64,000 bases of DNA from Camelus dromedarius. Taxonomy: Eukaryota. This document shows, in pieces, positions 1 through 12,000 of the stretch (the stretch's first letter is position 1; the number at the start of each line of letters is the position of its first letter). The translations under genes were made by a program, and so were the position numbers. The notes under the pieces were generated by a model. The model saw nothing but the letters and a program-made list of their open reading frames with translations, did no database searches and was not told the DNA's origin. The stretch is taken from NCBI RefSeq assembly GCF_036321535.1, contig NC_087445.1, forward strand, positions 78,182,001-78,246,000, given 5' to 3'.

Positions 1-149
1 GTAGCCGACTTCCCCTCAGCCGCAGACACATCCAAAGGACGGAGTCCATTAACCGTCTGTGCCGCGGTTCCCTCATGGCGACGTTCAGCGTTTTCTCCTG
101 ACACCATTTCCTTCCTGTCAGAAGAGCCTGCACTGGCAGTTCTACTAAA

Positions 150-800
150 GCAGGTGGTTTTCACTGAACACAGAATTCCGGGCTGACAGCCTGTCCTGTT
201 CCCCGGCGTTTAAAACATCTTGTGCTGCTTCCTGTGGCCTCCATGGCTGCTGATGAGAAGCCTGCGGTCGCCCACGCCGCTGCTCCCTTGGGGCCTAGGT
301 GTGATTTCTCACTGCTTCGTGACTCTTCGTCTCAGTGTTCAGCAGTTTGGCGCGACGTGTCTGGGTGTGGGTGTCTTTGGGTTTGTCCTGTGTTAGGTTT
401 GCTTGGCTTCTTAAACCTGTAGGTTTATGTCTTTCACTGTATTTGGAGAAGTTTTCAGCCATTATTTCTTCAAAGCTCTTCCTCCTCTCCAACTCCAGTG
501 ACACAAACGTTAGAACTTTACTTTTGTCCCACAGGTCCTCACGGCACTGATTTTTTCTTTAGATATCCGTTTTTCTCTTGGTACTGGTTGGAGAATTTCA
601 GTTGTTCCATCTTTAGTCAAGTTCACTGACTCCTCTGAGGTCTCCATTCTGCTACTGAGTCAATTAGTGAGTTTTAAGTTTTGGTTATTTTAATTTTTGT
701 TTCTTTGCTGAGATGTTTACATCTTAAAATCCATTGCAAAGTGTGTGTGATTGCCTGTCCCAGCAGTGTGTAATGGCTACCAGAGTCTCAGACAACCTGG
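150..800 (-). mobile_element. Old L1M relic, with a further fragment at about 1930-2110
   Basis: TTTCACTGAACACAGAATTCCGGGCTGACAG, CTGATGAGAAG and TTGGAGAAGTTTTCAGCCATTATTTCTTCAAA resemble antisense L1M sequence. Confidence 0.55.
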
Positions 801-2662
801 CGGCCCTCGGCACCTGCTCAGCGTCCTTTCTCTGGAGCTGGACTTTTCAGTTCTTTGCGTGCTAGTTAAGTACCTGTGGGGTATATTCTGCAGCTCTGAG
901 TGTGACTTCATCAGATCTGGGTCTGGTTGAAATCCTGTAGAGAAGATTGATGCCTTTGCTTCACAGGCCCTGGGTCTGGTTAGGCTCAGGCCCACGTTCA
1001 CTGCCATCTGTGGGCCGGACCGAGTGTCAGCCCAGGCCCCAGAGCTGTGCCCTGCATGTGCATGGCCCAGTTCCCAGGCTGGGACTCAGATGCTGCTCTG
1101 CAGAGGCTCTCAGAGCCTGGGGTCTGACCTGCAGCCCGAGGGGAATCCTGGGTGCTCATGACCACTTTGTGGGCTGTTCCCCAGGCTGCTGCCTCTGGTC
1201 TAGGTGCCGGCATTGCGTCTGGGCCTCAGCCCGAGGCCTGGCTCTTGCTACCCTCCTCTGTGTTGCGCCCGTCCTTGGTCCGGTCACACCTGGGTCCATG
1301 CAGCAGGAGAGCCGAGAGCAAAGGGACAGGGGCTCTTGGACTCGCAGCAGTCCCGCACAGCAAGCAAGGCTCCTGTGCGTCCCCGCAGCCCCAGGGGATC
1401 ACCTGGCACTAAAGAACGGGGCAGAACAAAGCTGGGGCCCTTCCTCACTCGCTCAGCTTCACGAGGCTGCTCCCGGGTGCTCACTTCCATGCTGACGGCT
1501 GCGCTGGGCTCAGCCCAGGTACCGGGGTGAGTGCCTGCAGGAGATGCCGCCTCTGCTGCCACTCCTGACCCACTTGCTGCAGCGCCCTTCGCCTCTGCCC
1601 TTTGGCTACACCACGGGAGGCACGGAGCCCCGTGTCTGCTCCACCTCACCTGCACCCCGAGCCCCCGCTCAGAGCTCTGAGGCTTCTCGGTCTCCATGTT
1701 GGGACGCAGGCTCACATCCGCACTGAGCGTGTGGTTCCCCTCCTCGGTCAGACCTCAGCACACGCGTTCTGGGGTCTGTCTTCACACACTCAGGCCCGCG
1801 TCCACACATCTGCCTGCTCCCCCTCCTTCCTCCTGCCCGTTTCCGACAACGTATCTGCTTCTTCCTCCCTTCTGCTTCCCCGTTGTCACATGAGGCAGGT
1901 CTGGGCCAGCCCTCTCCCCGTGCATGCAGCTAATTTTGATCACTCTACATGTTCTCCGTTGGTTCCTTTTTAATTTTTCAATTTCTACGTGTTCTTGATT
2001 CCTGTTCCCCTGATTTTGTTTTAGAGACTTCTGTAGGTTTCCTCGTTGGCTTTACAGACACATCTTAAGTCTCTTCCAGAAATCGTGCTACCTTGCAGCT
2101 CCTCCGGAGCACGGTTGCACCTGGGGGCTTGCTGGCTCCTGTCCATGGTTCCAGGCGTGTCCTGGGCAGAGTGCTCCAGCTCCACTGCTGTTGCGCCCCC
2201 AGCTTCCCCCTTTCCCTGTTCTCACCTATCTGCTGGTTCTAAGACAAACCCAGGGGCCTGGGGCTCCAGCCTCGGTGTGTGGCCTGTGCTGGTGGCCAGC
2301 TTCTCTGGGCACTTTGCCCTCCTGTCCTCACCGGGTGGACACAGCCCCTCCTGCTTCCCCCACCTGGCCCCTCCCGGCCCGCTGCTTGTTGCCTAGACTT
2401 GCCAGGTTGAGTGTCCCTTTGTGTCCCCCTGCTGGCAGGGTGTGCACGGTGTGGCGGACGTGCTCAGGGGCCTCTGCACTCGGGTCCTCTTCTCCTCAGA
2501 GGCGGTGGGAGCAGCAGCTGGGAACACACTCGAGTCACGCTGGCCAGTTCAGGACAGCTCCAGCGCGGCCTCGGGCATCCCGCCTCCTGTCTAGCAGGCA
2601 GGATGAGAGCCCACGGGCCCTCTCTGCACAGAGACTGGACGGCCATGTGCTGTTGCCAACTG

Positions 2663-2668
2663 TTTATT
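2663..2668 (-). terminator. FBXW5 poly(A) signal AATAAA
   Basis: TTTATT on the + strand about 510 nt past the FBXW5 stop. Confidence 0.7.
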
Positions 2669-3175
2669 CAGACCCTGAATACGTGACCAGTGACATGCAT
2701 GTCCCCTGGGCCCACTGTAGCCTGCCCTGCACCTCGACCCTGCTTGCTGGACAGTTCCCAGAGGAGGGAACCTGGGCCGCCTGGGCCACATTTGGCCCAG
2801 CAAACACCACCAGGGCCCTGCGGGGCGGCTGGGCATGTCATACTGGAACATGTCATACTGACCGTCCCGGGCCCGGGCCCAGGCCCAGGGGAAGGGAGTG
2901 GGTGAAGGGCAGAGGCCCCCAGTGTCTTGTGCGCCCCAAGCCAGCCAGGAGACAGCCTGGCTGCCCAGCACGAGCATCACAGCGGTGGGAGAGGGTATGC
3001 ATGTGCGAGCGTGGCGGGGGCCGGGCCGTCCCCTCCCTGCGGCCCTGCTAAACCCCCCTTCCTAAGGCATTACTGCTGCAAGTTTCTCTGCCCCCCAGTG
3101 TGGTTGGGGCAGCAGCCCAGAGCCCGGCAAAGGGCCACGGGCCTCTGTCGTGTCCTCGGTGGGTCCCAGTGCCCC

Positions 3176-5730
3176 TCAGCGCCGCTGGCTGGCAAACCAG
3201 GAGAAGAAGGGGCGTGGGCGGGGGCGCCGGGCCTGATGGACACGCACAGCGCGCGGTGAGCGCCAGGCCTTGATGGTGGCATCGTCGCTGGCTGTCAGCA
3301 GGAGCTCCTGCTCCTGGGGGCTGAAGACCACCGAGTTGACCACATCCTGGTGCCGCAGCTTGGCCAGGCAGATGTTGTAGTGGCGGTCCCAGATGTAGCC
3401 GTGCCGGTCCTCCGCCCCACTGCAGGACAGCCTGGGATGAGCCCCGCCAGGCACCCCGAGGCCCACCCCTCCCCCGCCCCGCCCCGCCCGGACCTGGCCA
3501 CGAAGTCCCTGCTGACGTCCAGGAAGATGAAGAAGCACTCGTCGTTGGGCGTGTAGGCGCGGTGGGCACGCAAGGCCCGCTTCACCTCCCGCATGGTCTT
3601 GAGGTCGAACACCAGCAGGTCGATCTCCTCCGCAATGGGCGGCGGCTGCATGGGGTCAGCCACCACCGAGCCGCTGGGCCAGGCACGGCTGTTCACATAC
3701 AGGTACCTGCGAGGGGCACGCCGCTCAGTACGCACCCCTGGACACCCCGCCCGGGACTCTGCTGGGGGCCCACCTGTTGTCGGGGGACAGGCCCATGCCG
3801 ATGATGTGTCCGTGCACGTCAATGACGTGGTCCAGCGCATCGAAGAAGGCGTCGGAGCCCCGCCCCTCACCCAGCACAGGTCCCGCCGTGGTCATCTGGT
3901 GCGGCAGGATCTGCTTGATGCCTGCAGGACAGCCGGGGAAGGCGGCCCTCAGCCCAGGCAGAACCTGGGTGCCTGGGGGCACTGCCTGCCCTGTGGGCCC
4001 CGGACCCAGGAAGCTGAACCAGGGCTGGGCCTCTGCCCATAAACTGCCAGCACCCCTGCCCAGGGCAGCCTCACCCCGGGGCCCCTCACCGATCTGGTGC
4101 GGCGAGTAGGTGAGGCAGCCAGTGGTGAAGATGAGAAGTTTGTTTCTGGCGTCGGCTGTGCTGGGCTCAGGGGGCTTGGTGCGGCCCTGGGCCAGCAGCT
4201 CTGCCACCTTAGTCTCCAGCATGCGCTCCGACAGCTGGGGCTGTGCCCGGCCCTCCAGGAGGCCGTCCAGGAGGCGCCGCAAGCCCTTGGCGCCGGCTGG
4301 GCCTGGGCTGGCCTCCTCCTCTTCACCGTCACTGCCCAGGTCGAAGACGCGGCCCGGGGCATTGTCAGGGGCGCCAGCGTCCAGCAGGAGGTCAGGGCTG
4401 TCGAAGCGGCTGCAGTCGGCCACCATGACGGTGCGGATGGTGCTGGCATTGAGGTTCTGGATCTTGAAGAGCCGCTTCACCACGTTCACGTTCTCAGACT
4501 CCACGTCCTGGAGTGGGGAGCGCAGGGGTGGGAATGGGCTAGGTAGGGGATGGGTGGGTGGGGGCTGTCGCGACCGAAGGGCCCGCCCATGCGTACCTGG
4601 AAGGCGTTGTTGAGCCAGAGCACCGAGCAGGACGTGATGTCCCCAATGCGGTGCAGGTTGCCCGAGATCAAGCTGGTGTCGGTGAGCCAACAGCCGAACA
4701 CGTCGTAGGGCTTGTTGCGCACGCGAGACAGCAGGGCGAAGGTGTCTGGCGGGAGCAGCTAGATGCGGCAGGGTTGTCTGCGCGGAGGGGTGGGACCAGG
4801 GCGTGGCCGGGGTGGGAGGAGCAGAGACGGGAGAGGGTGGGACCGGGAGGGGCGGGGCCTTCCCGGAGGGCCACCCGGCCCCAGGCCCCCTCTCACCTAG
4901 GCTGATGACTGCGATCTCGCCAGAGGAGGAGTTGTGGGGCCCTAGGAACACCCCCGATGCCAGCAGCAGCGAGTCGTCCTGGTTGAACTGGGAGAACTGG
5001 GTGTAGCTCCAGTTGTAGGGCCTCATGTCTGCACTGTGCAGCAGCGAGATGGTCAGGTCGTTGTTCCAGATCTGCGTGGAGGGGCCGAGTCAGGGGGCAC
5101 CTGGGCCCCTCTCCTGGCCGGCTCAGCCAAGCCGGTGCCCAGAAACCGCCATCGGGCGGGGGCTTCTTGTCCCTGGCTGTCACCCTTGGCCTGGCCTCTC
5201 TCCCCACCGGGTCGGGCTGCCCTCACCTTCACAGTACAGTCCTTGGAGCAGGAAGCGAATTGGTAGCCCGAGTGGGAGAAGCTGAGGTGCAGGACCTGGT
5301 CAGTGTGCTCCCTGAGAGTCTGCACCTCCACGCACGGCACCGTGTCGTAGAGCCGCCGGAACTCCTCGTACCAGGACGTGGCCGCTGTGGGGGGGGGGGT
5401 CACCCTGATGCCTTGACAGCGAGGGGGCCAGCCCTGCCCCTCAGCCTCCCTACCAGGCCCTGGCTTGGAAGCCCGGTCTGGCTATCCCAGACCAGCGTGA
5501 GGACCAATGGGCTTCGGGGCCGAGTGCAAGTGCTGACCTGGGTGTCGGGGCACGTCGCGGGCCACCTGGTAGTAGCGGTAGAACTGCTCCCTCCACAAGA
5601 ACTCGTCCCGGGACACGGCCTGCCATTGGCGGCACACCAGACCAGCGGCCAGCACGTCAGCTGGGCCCAAGCTCAGGAAGATCTGGTAAACGAGGCTGTC
5701 GGGGAGCAGGGGCGTGCCCCCCTCGTCCAT
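3176..5730 (-). CDS. FBXW5: F-box/WD repeat protein 5, 8 coding exons, 565 aa
   Basis: Coding exons: 5730-5538, 5384-5227, 5071-4897, 4745-4597, 4507-4090, 3921-3774, 3706-3494, 3419-3176. All introns are GT..AG and the total is 1698 nt. The protein starts MDEGGTPLLPDSLVYQIFLSLGPADVLAAGLVCRQW (F-box), has WD40 repeats including IWDRHY, and ends FFSWFASQRR*. Confidence 0.97.
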
Positions 5731-6559
5731 CGTGACATTCTGCCCAGGCGGTCCTGAAACGCATGCACGGTCCCCTTAGCCACCAGTCAGACCAGAGAGG
5801 ACACTGGCCTCTAGACCCACAGAAAGATGCAGGGGCCAGAGGTGAGCTGAGGCCTCCCAGGGGGGCTCCTCCCACCCCACCAACTGCCCTGCTGGGAATT
5901 CCACTGGACTGAGCATGTGCGGCGGACCAGCTGGCACTACCCGTCTGGCCAAGGATCCAAGAGCTTCACCAAGGCCCCCTGGACAGCCGTGCTCCTCAGA
6001 CCCCACACTCCTGAGCACCCCTGCAAGGCCCAGTGATTCCCTGGAATAGGCAGCAGACACCTCTCAGAACTCCCAGACCTCCTCTGGCCTGAGATGGAGC
6101 ATGCGCAGAACACTGGGGACCCCAGACCCACCCTCACCCCAAAAGACCCTTCCCCCAGAGGGACAGGCTCTCTGAGTGAGGCCCTCTGACCTCCCCCAAC
6201 AGGGTCCTAGGGAGACATCTGGCAGCCAGGGCTGGTGACCGCTCCGAGGTCAAGAAACGAAGGGTCAGTGACCCCCCGCGCACCCTGTCACTCTGACCTT
6301 GCTGTCCCAGGCTTCGGAGCTGTCAGCATGGGACAGAGGTCCTTCCGAGAAGAGACTTGGGGCTGGCAGGACGAGGGCCAGCCCGCCCGCCCTAGAAGCC
6401 ACCAGGGACACCAGCCGGTCCTGGTCGGCCCTGTGGCCTAGGGGAGCCCGGCCAGGCAGGCAGGGGGCCAGCGCAGCCACAGCCAGGAGAGCTGGGGGCG
6501 GGGCTGGAGCGGGACCGCCCAGCGCCCCCTCCCACCCTCCTTCCGAGGGGCTGCCGGGG

Positions 6560-7150
6560 GCGGGGCCTCGGCTCAGCTCCCCCTGTCCCGGCGCCGACTG
6601 CCTCTGCGACTCATTCATTAGTCGAGGGCGCGGCTGGGGTCGAAGGCCGAGGGGCTGGGCCGGCCGGGCCGGGGATGGGGCCGGGTGACGACGCTTCCCG
6701 GGGCCGGGGTGCCGGGGTCCGAACACAGCCCGTGACGACGCTCCCCAGGCCAGGCCCACTCACCGCGGCCGCCTCCGCCCCGCTCCGCTGCCCCCGCCCC
6801 GGCGCCCGGGCTCGGCCCGCAGACCCGCTTCCGCCCCCGGTCGCCGCTCCGGCCGCCGCGTCTCTATGATGGAGGCCGCCAGGCCAACGCCACGAGCCCC
6901 GGGGCATCGATCGCTGCGGAGGGCCGAGCCCGGCAGCCCGAGTCAGCTGTTACTGCGCCTGCGCTTCAGGCGCCGCGACCCAGGCGGCGCTTCTTAGTGC
7001 GCCTGTGCGTGCTCGGTCTCACCCGGAACAGCGCCCCTGGCGGCCGGGAGAGGCGGCGGCCGGCGCCCGGGCCCGTGGGCGGGGCTTACGGGCGAGGCTC
7101 ATGAGCTCGGTTAGGGTTAGACGCGGCTCAAGACCCGGCTCGGGCAGTTC
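6560..7150. promoter_or_regulatory. CpG-island promoter of FBXW5, head-to-head with C8G
   Basis: Very CpG-dense, with several GGGCGG/CCCGCC boxes and an NRF1-like TGCGCCTGCGC near 6954. Confidence 0.8.
6764..6870 (-). other. FBXW5: Probable non-coding exon 1 of FBXW5
   Basis: Donor GG|GTGAGT at 6764/6763 lies inside a CpG island. The matching acceptor TTTCAG|G at 5753 sits 23 nt before the ATG. The TSS position is approximate. Confidence 0.65.
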
Positions 7151-7300
7151 CCAGTGTTGCGCTCTGAGCAAATGGCTTGAAGAACTCGGGTTCTTCGCTA
7201 TGAGGATAAGACCAGTTCCTACCTCAAGGGGCTGTTTGCAGTTGAGGGGAAATAACCGTGCAAAGGGATGAGCTCCAGCCACAGTGGAAGTCAGGTGGGA
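7110..7300 (+). mobile_element. MIR relic between the FBXW5 island and C8G
   Basis: CTCTGAGCAAATGGCTT...CCAGTTCCTACCTCAAGGGGCTGTT resembles the MIR core. Confidence 0.45.
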
Positions 7301-7507
7301 CTTGTGGAAGCAGAGCCAGAGGACAGCTCGGACTTTGTACACAGGACGTGGCGTCAGGGCCCTGCCGGGAGGTGCTGGGTCAAGGGTGAGGCTGAGTTCA
7401 TGAGGAGGCGGGGTGCGGGGGGGGACCCTGGCCCAGGGCACGGGTTTGGGGAGGGGGAAGGACAGTCATAGACTTCCTGGGCTGGGCTGGTGGGTGGCAC
7501 CAGACAG

Positions 7508-7520
7508 TGGACTCTGACCT
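7508..7520 (-). promoter_or_regulatory. DR1/HNF4-like element upstream of C8G
   Basis: TGGACTCTGACCT (reverse complement AGGTCAgAGTCCA) lies 60 nt before the ATG. A second DR1-like GGGTCAaGGGTGA is at 7377-7389. Motif match only. Confidence 0.4.
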
Positions 7521-7579
7521 GGGACTTGACCATTCTGCCCTGAGCCTCCCCCAATCCTGTCACTGTTGCTGCCGTCGCC

Positions 7580-8909
7580 ATGCTGGCTGCCAGGACTGCA
7601 ACCCTCTTGACTCTGCTCCTGGCCACCAGCTCCCTGGGCCAGAGGGCTCAGAGACCCCCTAGGCCCCCCTCCTCCATCAGCACCATTCAGCCCAAGGCCA
7701 ACTTCAATGCTCAGCAGGTAGAGTTGGGAGGAGGTGGGGGGTCGGAGCTTTGCAGCCCCCATCCCCACCTGCTCTCATGGCCTGTTCTCCAGTTTGCAGG
7801 GACGTGGCTCCTTGTGGCCGTGGCCTCCTCGTGTCGTTTTCTGCAGGAGCAGGGCCACCGGGCTGAGGCCACCACACTGCACGTGGCTCCTCAGGGTGCA
7901 GCCATGGCCGTCAGCACCTTCCGAAAGCTGTGAGTCCCGGCACGGACCCTGACCCCACCCAGCCCCCGACTCCCGTCTCAGTCCCTTGCCCCACCCCAGC
8001 CCCTAGCCCTGCCCCCGCTGTGGTCTGGACCAGTGTCCCAAGAGGTCCTGCCCAGTTTGGGGACCCCAAGCCTGCCGTGCCTCCTCCCAACCCCCACCTC
8101 TCCCAGGGATGGGATTTGCTGGCAGGTGCGTCAGCTCTACGGAGACACGGGGCTCCCAGGTCGCTTTCTGCTCCAAGGTGAGGAGGCAAGACCAGCCGGG
8201 GATGAGGGTGCGGGGCTGGGGAAGGGGCTGACGTGGCTGACCCAGCTCCGCCTAGCCCGAGGGGCCCGAGGGGCGGTGGACGTGGTCGTCGGGGAGACGG
8301 ACTACGGGTCCTTCGCCATCCTGTACCTGGAGCGGGCACGGCAGCTGTCGGTGAAGCTGTATGGTACGTCCACGCAGGAACCGGGCCTGCACACACCCAG
8401 GGCCACCCAGGTGGAGCTGGGCAAGCCCAGCTGGACACACGGCCCCTCCTCCGACTTCCCCTGCCTGAGATGGGGACAGAGAGGGGACCGGGAGGGGCGG
8501 GGGTCACAGCCCCAGGCACACAGCCCAGCGCCCAGAGGGCCCTGCCCCCACCAGCCAGCAGGTGCCAGGAGCCCTGTGTTCCGCAGCCCGCTCGCTCCCC
8601 GTAAGGGATTCAGTCCTGAGCGTGTTTGAGCAGCGGGTCCAGGGGGCCAACCTGACCGAGGACCACATCCTGTTCTTCCCCAAGTACGGTGAGTGTCCCG
8701 GCCCCTGGTGGTCTGCCTTGCCCCCTCGTGTCTCGCCTCTGCCACTTCTGACCCCTGCCCCGGCCCCCAGGTTTCTGTGAGGCTGCTGACCAGTTCCACA
8801 CCCTGGATGGTGAGTGGGCAGCGCCGGCTGGGTGGCGAGGTGAGGGGCGGGCACCCTGCGGCTCCCTCACTAGCTGAGTCTCATCTCTGCTGCAGAAGTG
8901 AGGAGGTGA
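7580..8909 (+). CDS. C8G: Complement C8 gamma chain (lipocalin), 7 exons, 202 aa
   Basis: Exons: 7580-7717, 7793-7929, 8107-8177, 8256-8363, 8587-8688, 8771-8809, 8896-8909 (609 nt). Signal peptide [15 protein letters not shown], motifs FAGTW, ETDY and KLYAR, Cys in ASSCRF, end [16 protein letters not shown]. Confidence 0.97.
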
Positions 8910-9052
8910 GGCCGGGCAGCAGCCACGCCCCGAGAGAGAGCCAAGATTCTGGAGGTGGGGGCACCCACTGCCCCCCTCTCTGAGCGGGGGACTCTCCCAT
9001 CTGCCCCCAAAGCTGCCCCTCACCCCTGCCAGGAGCTCAGGGCGCTGCCTTC

Positions 9053-9058
9053 ATTAAA
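9053..9058 (+). terminator. C8G poly(A) signal ATTAAA
   Basis: ATTAAA about 145 nt after the stop. Confidence 0.7.
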
Positions 9059-12000
9059 CACCATTAGCCTTGGGCCCTGACTTCTTACTGTGCTGGACCC
9101 CGCCAGGGCCGCTGCTCACCCAGTCATCTCCTGGACACGTGGGGCTGCTTCCCCGGTGGCCCAGGAGGGGCAGCGGCTCATTCTCCTGGACAGGAGCCCT
9201 CCAGGGAGGTAGTCAGGGTAGAGCCTAGAGTGTCTGGTGCCCTGCCCTGCTGGGCCCCGGTGTCCCCTCTTCCATCGACCCTGCCCCCCCAACCCTGGTG
9301 TCCCCTCCTCCGTCGGCCCCTCACTATGGCCGCCCCTGCCCTTCTCTGCTCCCTGACTCTGAACACCCCTGCCCTGCTGGCCTCTCTGGGCTGCCCTGAG
9401 CTGGCCCAGACCTGAGTGCACCCCTGTCCAGACACTCTGGCCTTTTCTGGAAGGATGTGTGGCCCCCCACAGAGGTCCTTCTGGCCTCCTACTGACCCCT
9501 GAGCTCCTCCCTCCTGGGAGGCAGGAGCCCTGTGGCCTGAGGCAGGATGGGCCGCTAGGGAGGGGCAGGCGATTTCAAGGGGGCAGGCAGGGAGACCCCC
9601 CTCCCAGTTCCTGGACTCGGTGCCTGGGTCTGGGGCGAGCTGGCAGGAGGGTGGGAGGCTGAGCTGCCCCTCACAGCCGCCCCAGGGGCTGGCGGGGCCA
9701 GACAGCATGGGACTGGCCTGGGAGCAGGACTGACCCCTGCCCCGCGCTGAGTCCATTCCTGGCATTGGGCAGCCGGGTGCCCCTAGGGGAGATCATGAGG
9801 GCAGGCAGGCCACAAAGAGAGGTGGGGGGTCTGTACCCCAACCTGAGGAAGCAGGCCTGCCTATCTCACCTGCCACGATTGGGGTGAGCACAGGGGCTCT
9901 GGGTGCACAGGGGAGGGACCCCTGAACAGACTGAGTGCCCCTCAGGAGCCCACAGCCAGCATCTGTCCTAGGTCATCAGCCAGGAGGGACCACAAGATGA
10001 TCTCTGATCTGTAGAGACTTTTCTGGAATGACGGAGCTCCAAGGCCCAGGGAGAGGCAGGCAGGGGCTGGAAATGAGGGAAGGGGTCCTCACCTGCCAAA
10101 GGCGGCCTGGAGGGGTCCCTCCAAGTGACTCCAGACTGTCAAGAGGAGGTGTGGGCTTGGGGACAGGGACACTCCCCCAGGCAGACTGGGTGGCCCTTCC
10201 ACACACCAAGGTCCCAGCCAATTTGCCTGTCCCTGGTTAAGGGTCCCCCTAGGGTAGAGAAAAGGCCAGAGGGTCAGATCTACCACTGCAAACACCTGAA
10301 GGCTGAGAGTCAGCGGCCCAGGGGCGGGAGCACAGAACAGATCACTCTGGGGGCCAACTGTACCCCTCTCTCCAGAGTCCCCCCAGGGGCTCCCACAGGC
10401 AGGGACAGCTGCCGGAGACTGTGGGGAGGGAAGTGCTCTGGCATCCTGGCCCCTACTGGTGAGAGCCCGTCCAGACGCACCTCCCCGGGTTGAGCAGCTG
10501 AGGGCGTCCGAGGTCCTCCAATCCCTCGGGAGCCTGCTGGGCCTGTGCCCTGACAGGTCCAAGGACCCCACCACCGTTCCCAGGGGGAGGCTGGCTTTCT
10601 TTCCCCCGCCAGCCTCCCCCGCCCCTGCCCGCCCAGGCCTGAACCGAGAACCAGGCCCACATGGTGGCCGCCAGTTGGCCAACCAGCAGTGTCCCCTGGG
10701 GCACTGCGGGTGACCGTGCCTGGCACACTGCTTGCAGGAGCACTGTGTGCACACCCCTCCCCACGCCAGCCTCCCTCCAGAGAACTTGGGGGAGGGGGAG
10801 GGCAAATGGCGGCCCCCAGGCTGGGGCCAGAATAGGGCTGGAGGATCAGGGAGCTGGTAACTGGCTGGGCCAAAGCTCGGTCTGGGAAATGGCCCCAGGC
10901 CACCCCGTCTGGGGACCCTAGCTCAGCGTCCATCTGATGAGTGTTCCTGAAGTGCCCCACTGCACGCCAGGTCCTGGGCATACGGATGGGCAGTTCTCTT
11001 CCCTGGGGGCCTGAAGTCCAGGCCTTGCCACTCTGACCTCCGGTGAGGCTGAGGGGGCACCAGGGCTGGACCCCCACCCCAGCCCCCATTTTGTCCCCTC
11101 CAGCAGCTTCCCCCCTGGGCTAGGGGGAGGACCAGGCCACCCCAGGTGATGATAACAGAGCAGAGGGGACCACTGCCTGGTCCCTGGAGAGCAGGGTCAG
11201 AGGCCCCTGGTCCCCCCTGCCTGCCCACCTGCCCTCCTCATCCACTGACCCAGTCCAGACTGGAAGGAGCCCACAGTGAGTAGGGACCGCCCCTGACACC
11301 CTACTGGGCTGTGCCCACCCAGTGTCCCTCAGCACTGGACTCCCAGAAGGGCAGAGAGGTTGGGCTCTGGGAAGCAGGGAAGGCAGGGACCCCACAGAGC
11401 AGAGCTGGAGGCCACAGGGCACTTGCGTCTCACGGGCCGGGCTGAGAGCTGACGGTGCCCCAGAGAGCCCCCCCGCACGCCTGGCCCCGTGCCTCCCGGG
11501 CAGAAACGAGGCCTCTGTTCTGCGGTGTGGGTGGTTTCAGGCCGCGGGCGAGGCTCGTCAGATCCCCACTCTCGGGGCCTCTGGGGAAGCAGGGTCTGTC
11601 CAGCAGGGCCGAGTGGCCACAGAGCAGCCCCGCCTGCCCTCCCAGGCCTCCCAGTCGGCTCCTTACCCAGGTGGGGGGCGGCGGGTACGGAGTGCTACCA
11701 TCATGATGTGTTTTATTTGCACATAAACGTTTAATGAGCCCTAGATGAGTTTTCAAAAACTAGGTGAAACAGTTGTAGCTCTAGGTGAGTCGTTTTTATG
11801 GAAAAATGTACTAATTGATTTTTGCCTTTTAATTATAATAGGTGGTTTTTAATACTTTAGAAGAAAAAATGCCTTTAAAAAATCTATAGAAGGTCCTACT
11901 CTGCTGGGCCCACACCAGGGTGGAAGCACTGGGGCTGGTGGAGCAGGGGAGGGAGCAGAGGGCCGGGGTGGGGAGCCCAGGCCTAGGGCACCTGATGTCC

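Noticed and set aside
2191-3051. 286-aa plus-strand ORF over the FBXW5 3' UTR
   Set aside because: Pro/Arg/Gly-rich with no domain or splice logic. Long stop-free frames are expected at this GC content.
9326-9415. Signal-peptide-like ORF MAAPALLCSLTLNTPALLASLG just after C8G, considered as a relic lipocalin exon 1
   Set aside because: No valid GT donor, no TATA box and no downstream GxW exon. Leu/Ala richness is common in CT-rich DNA.
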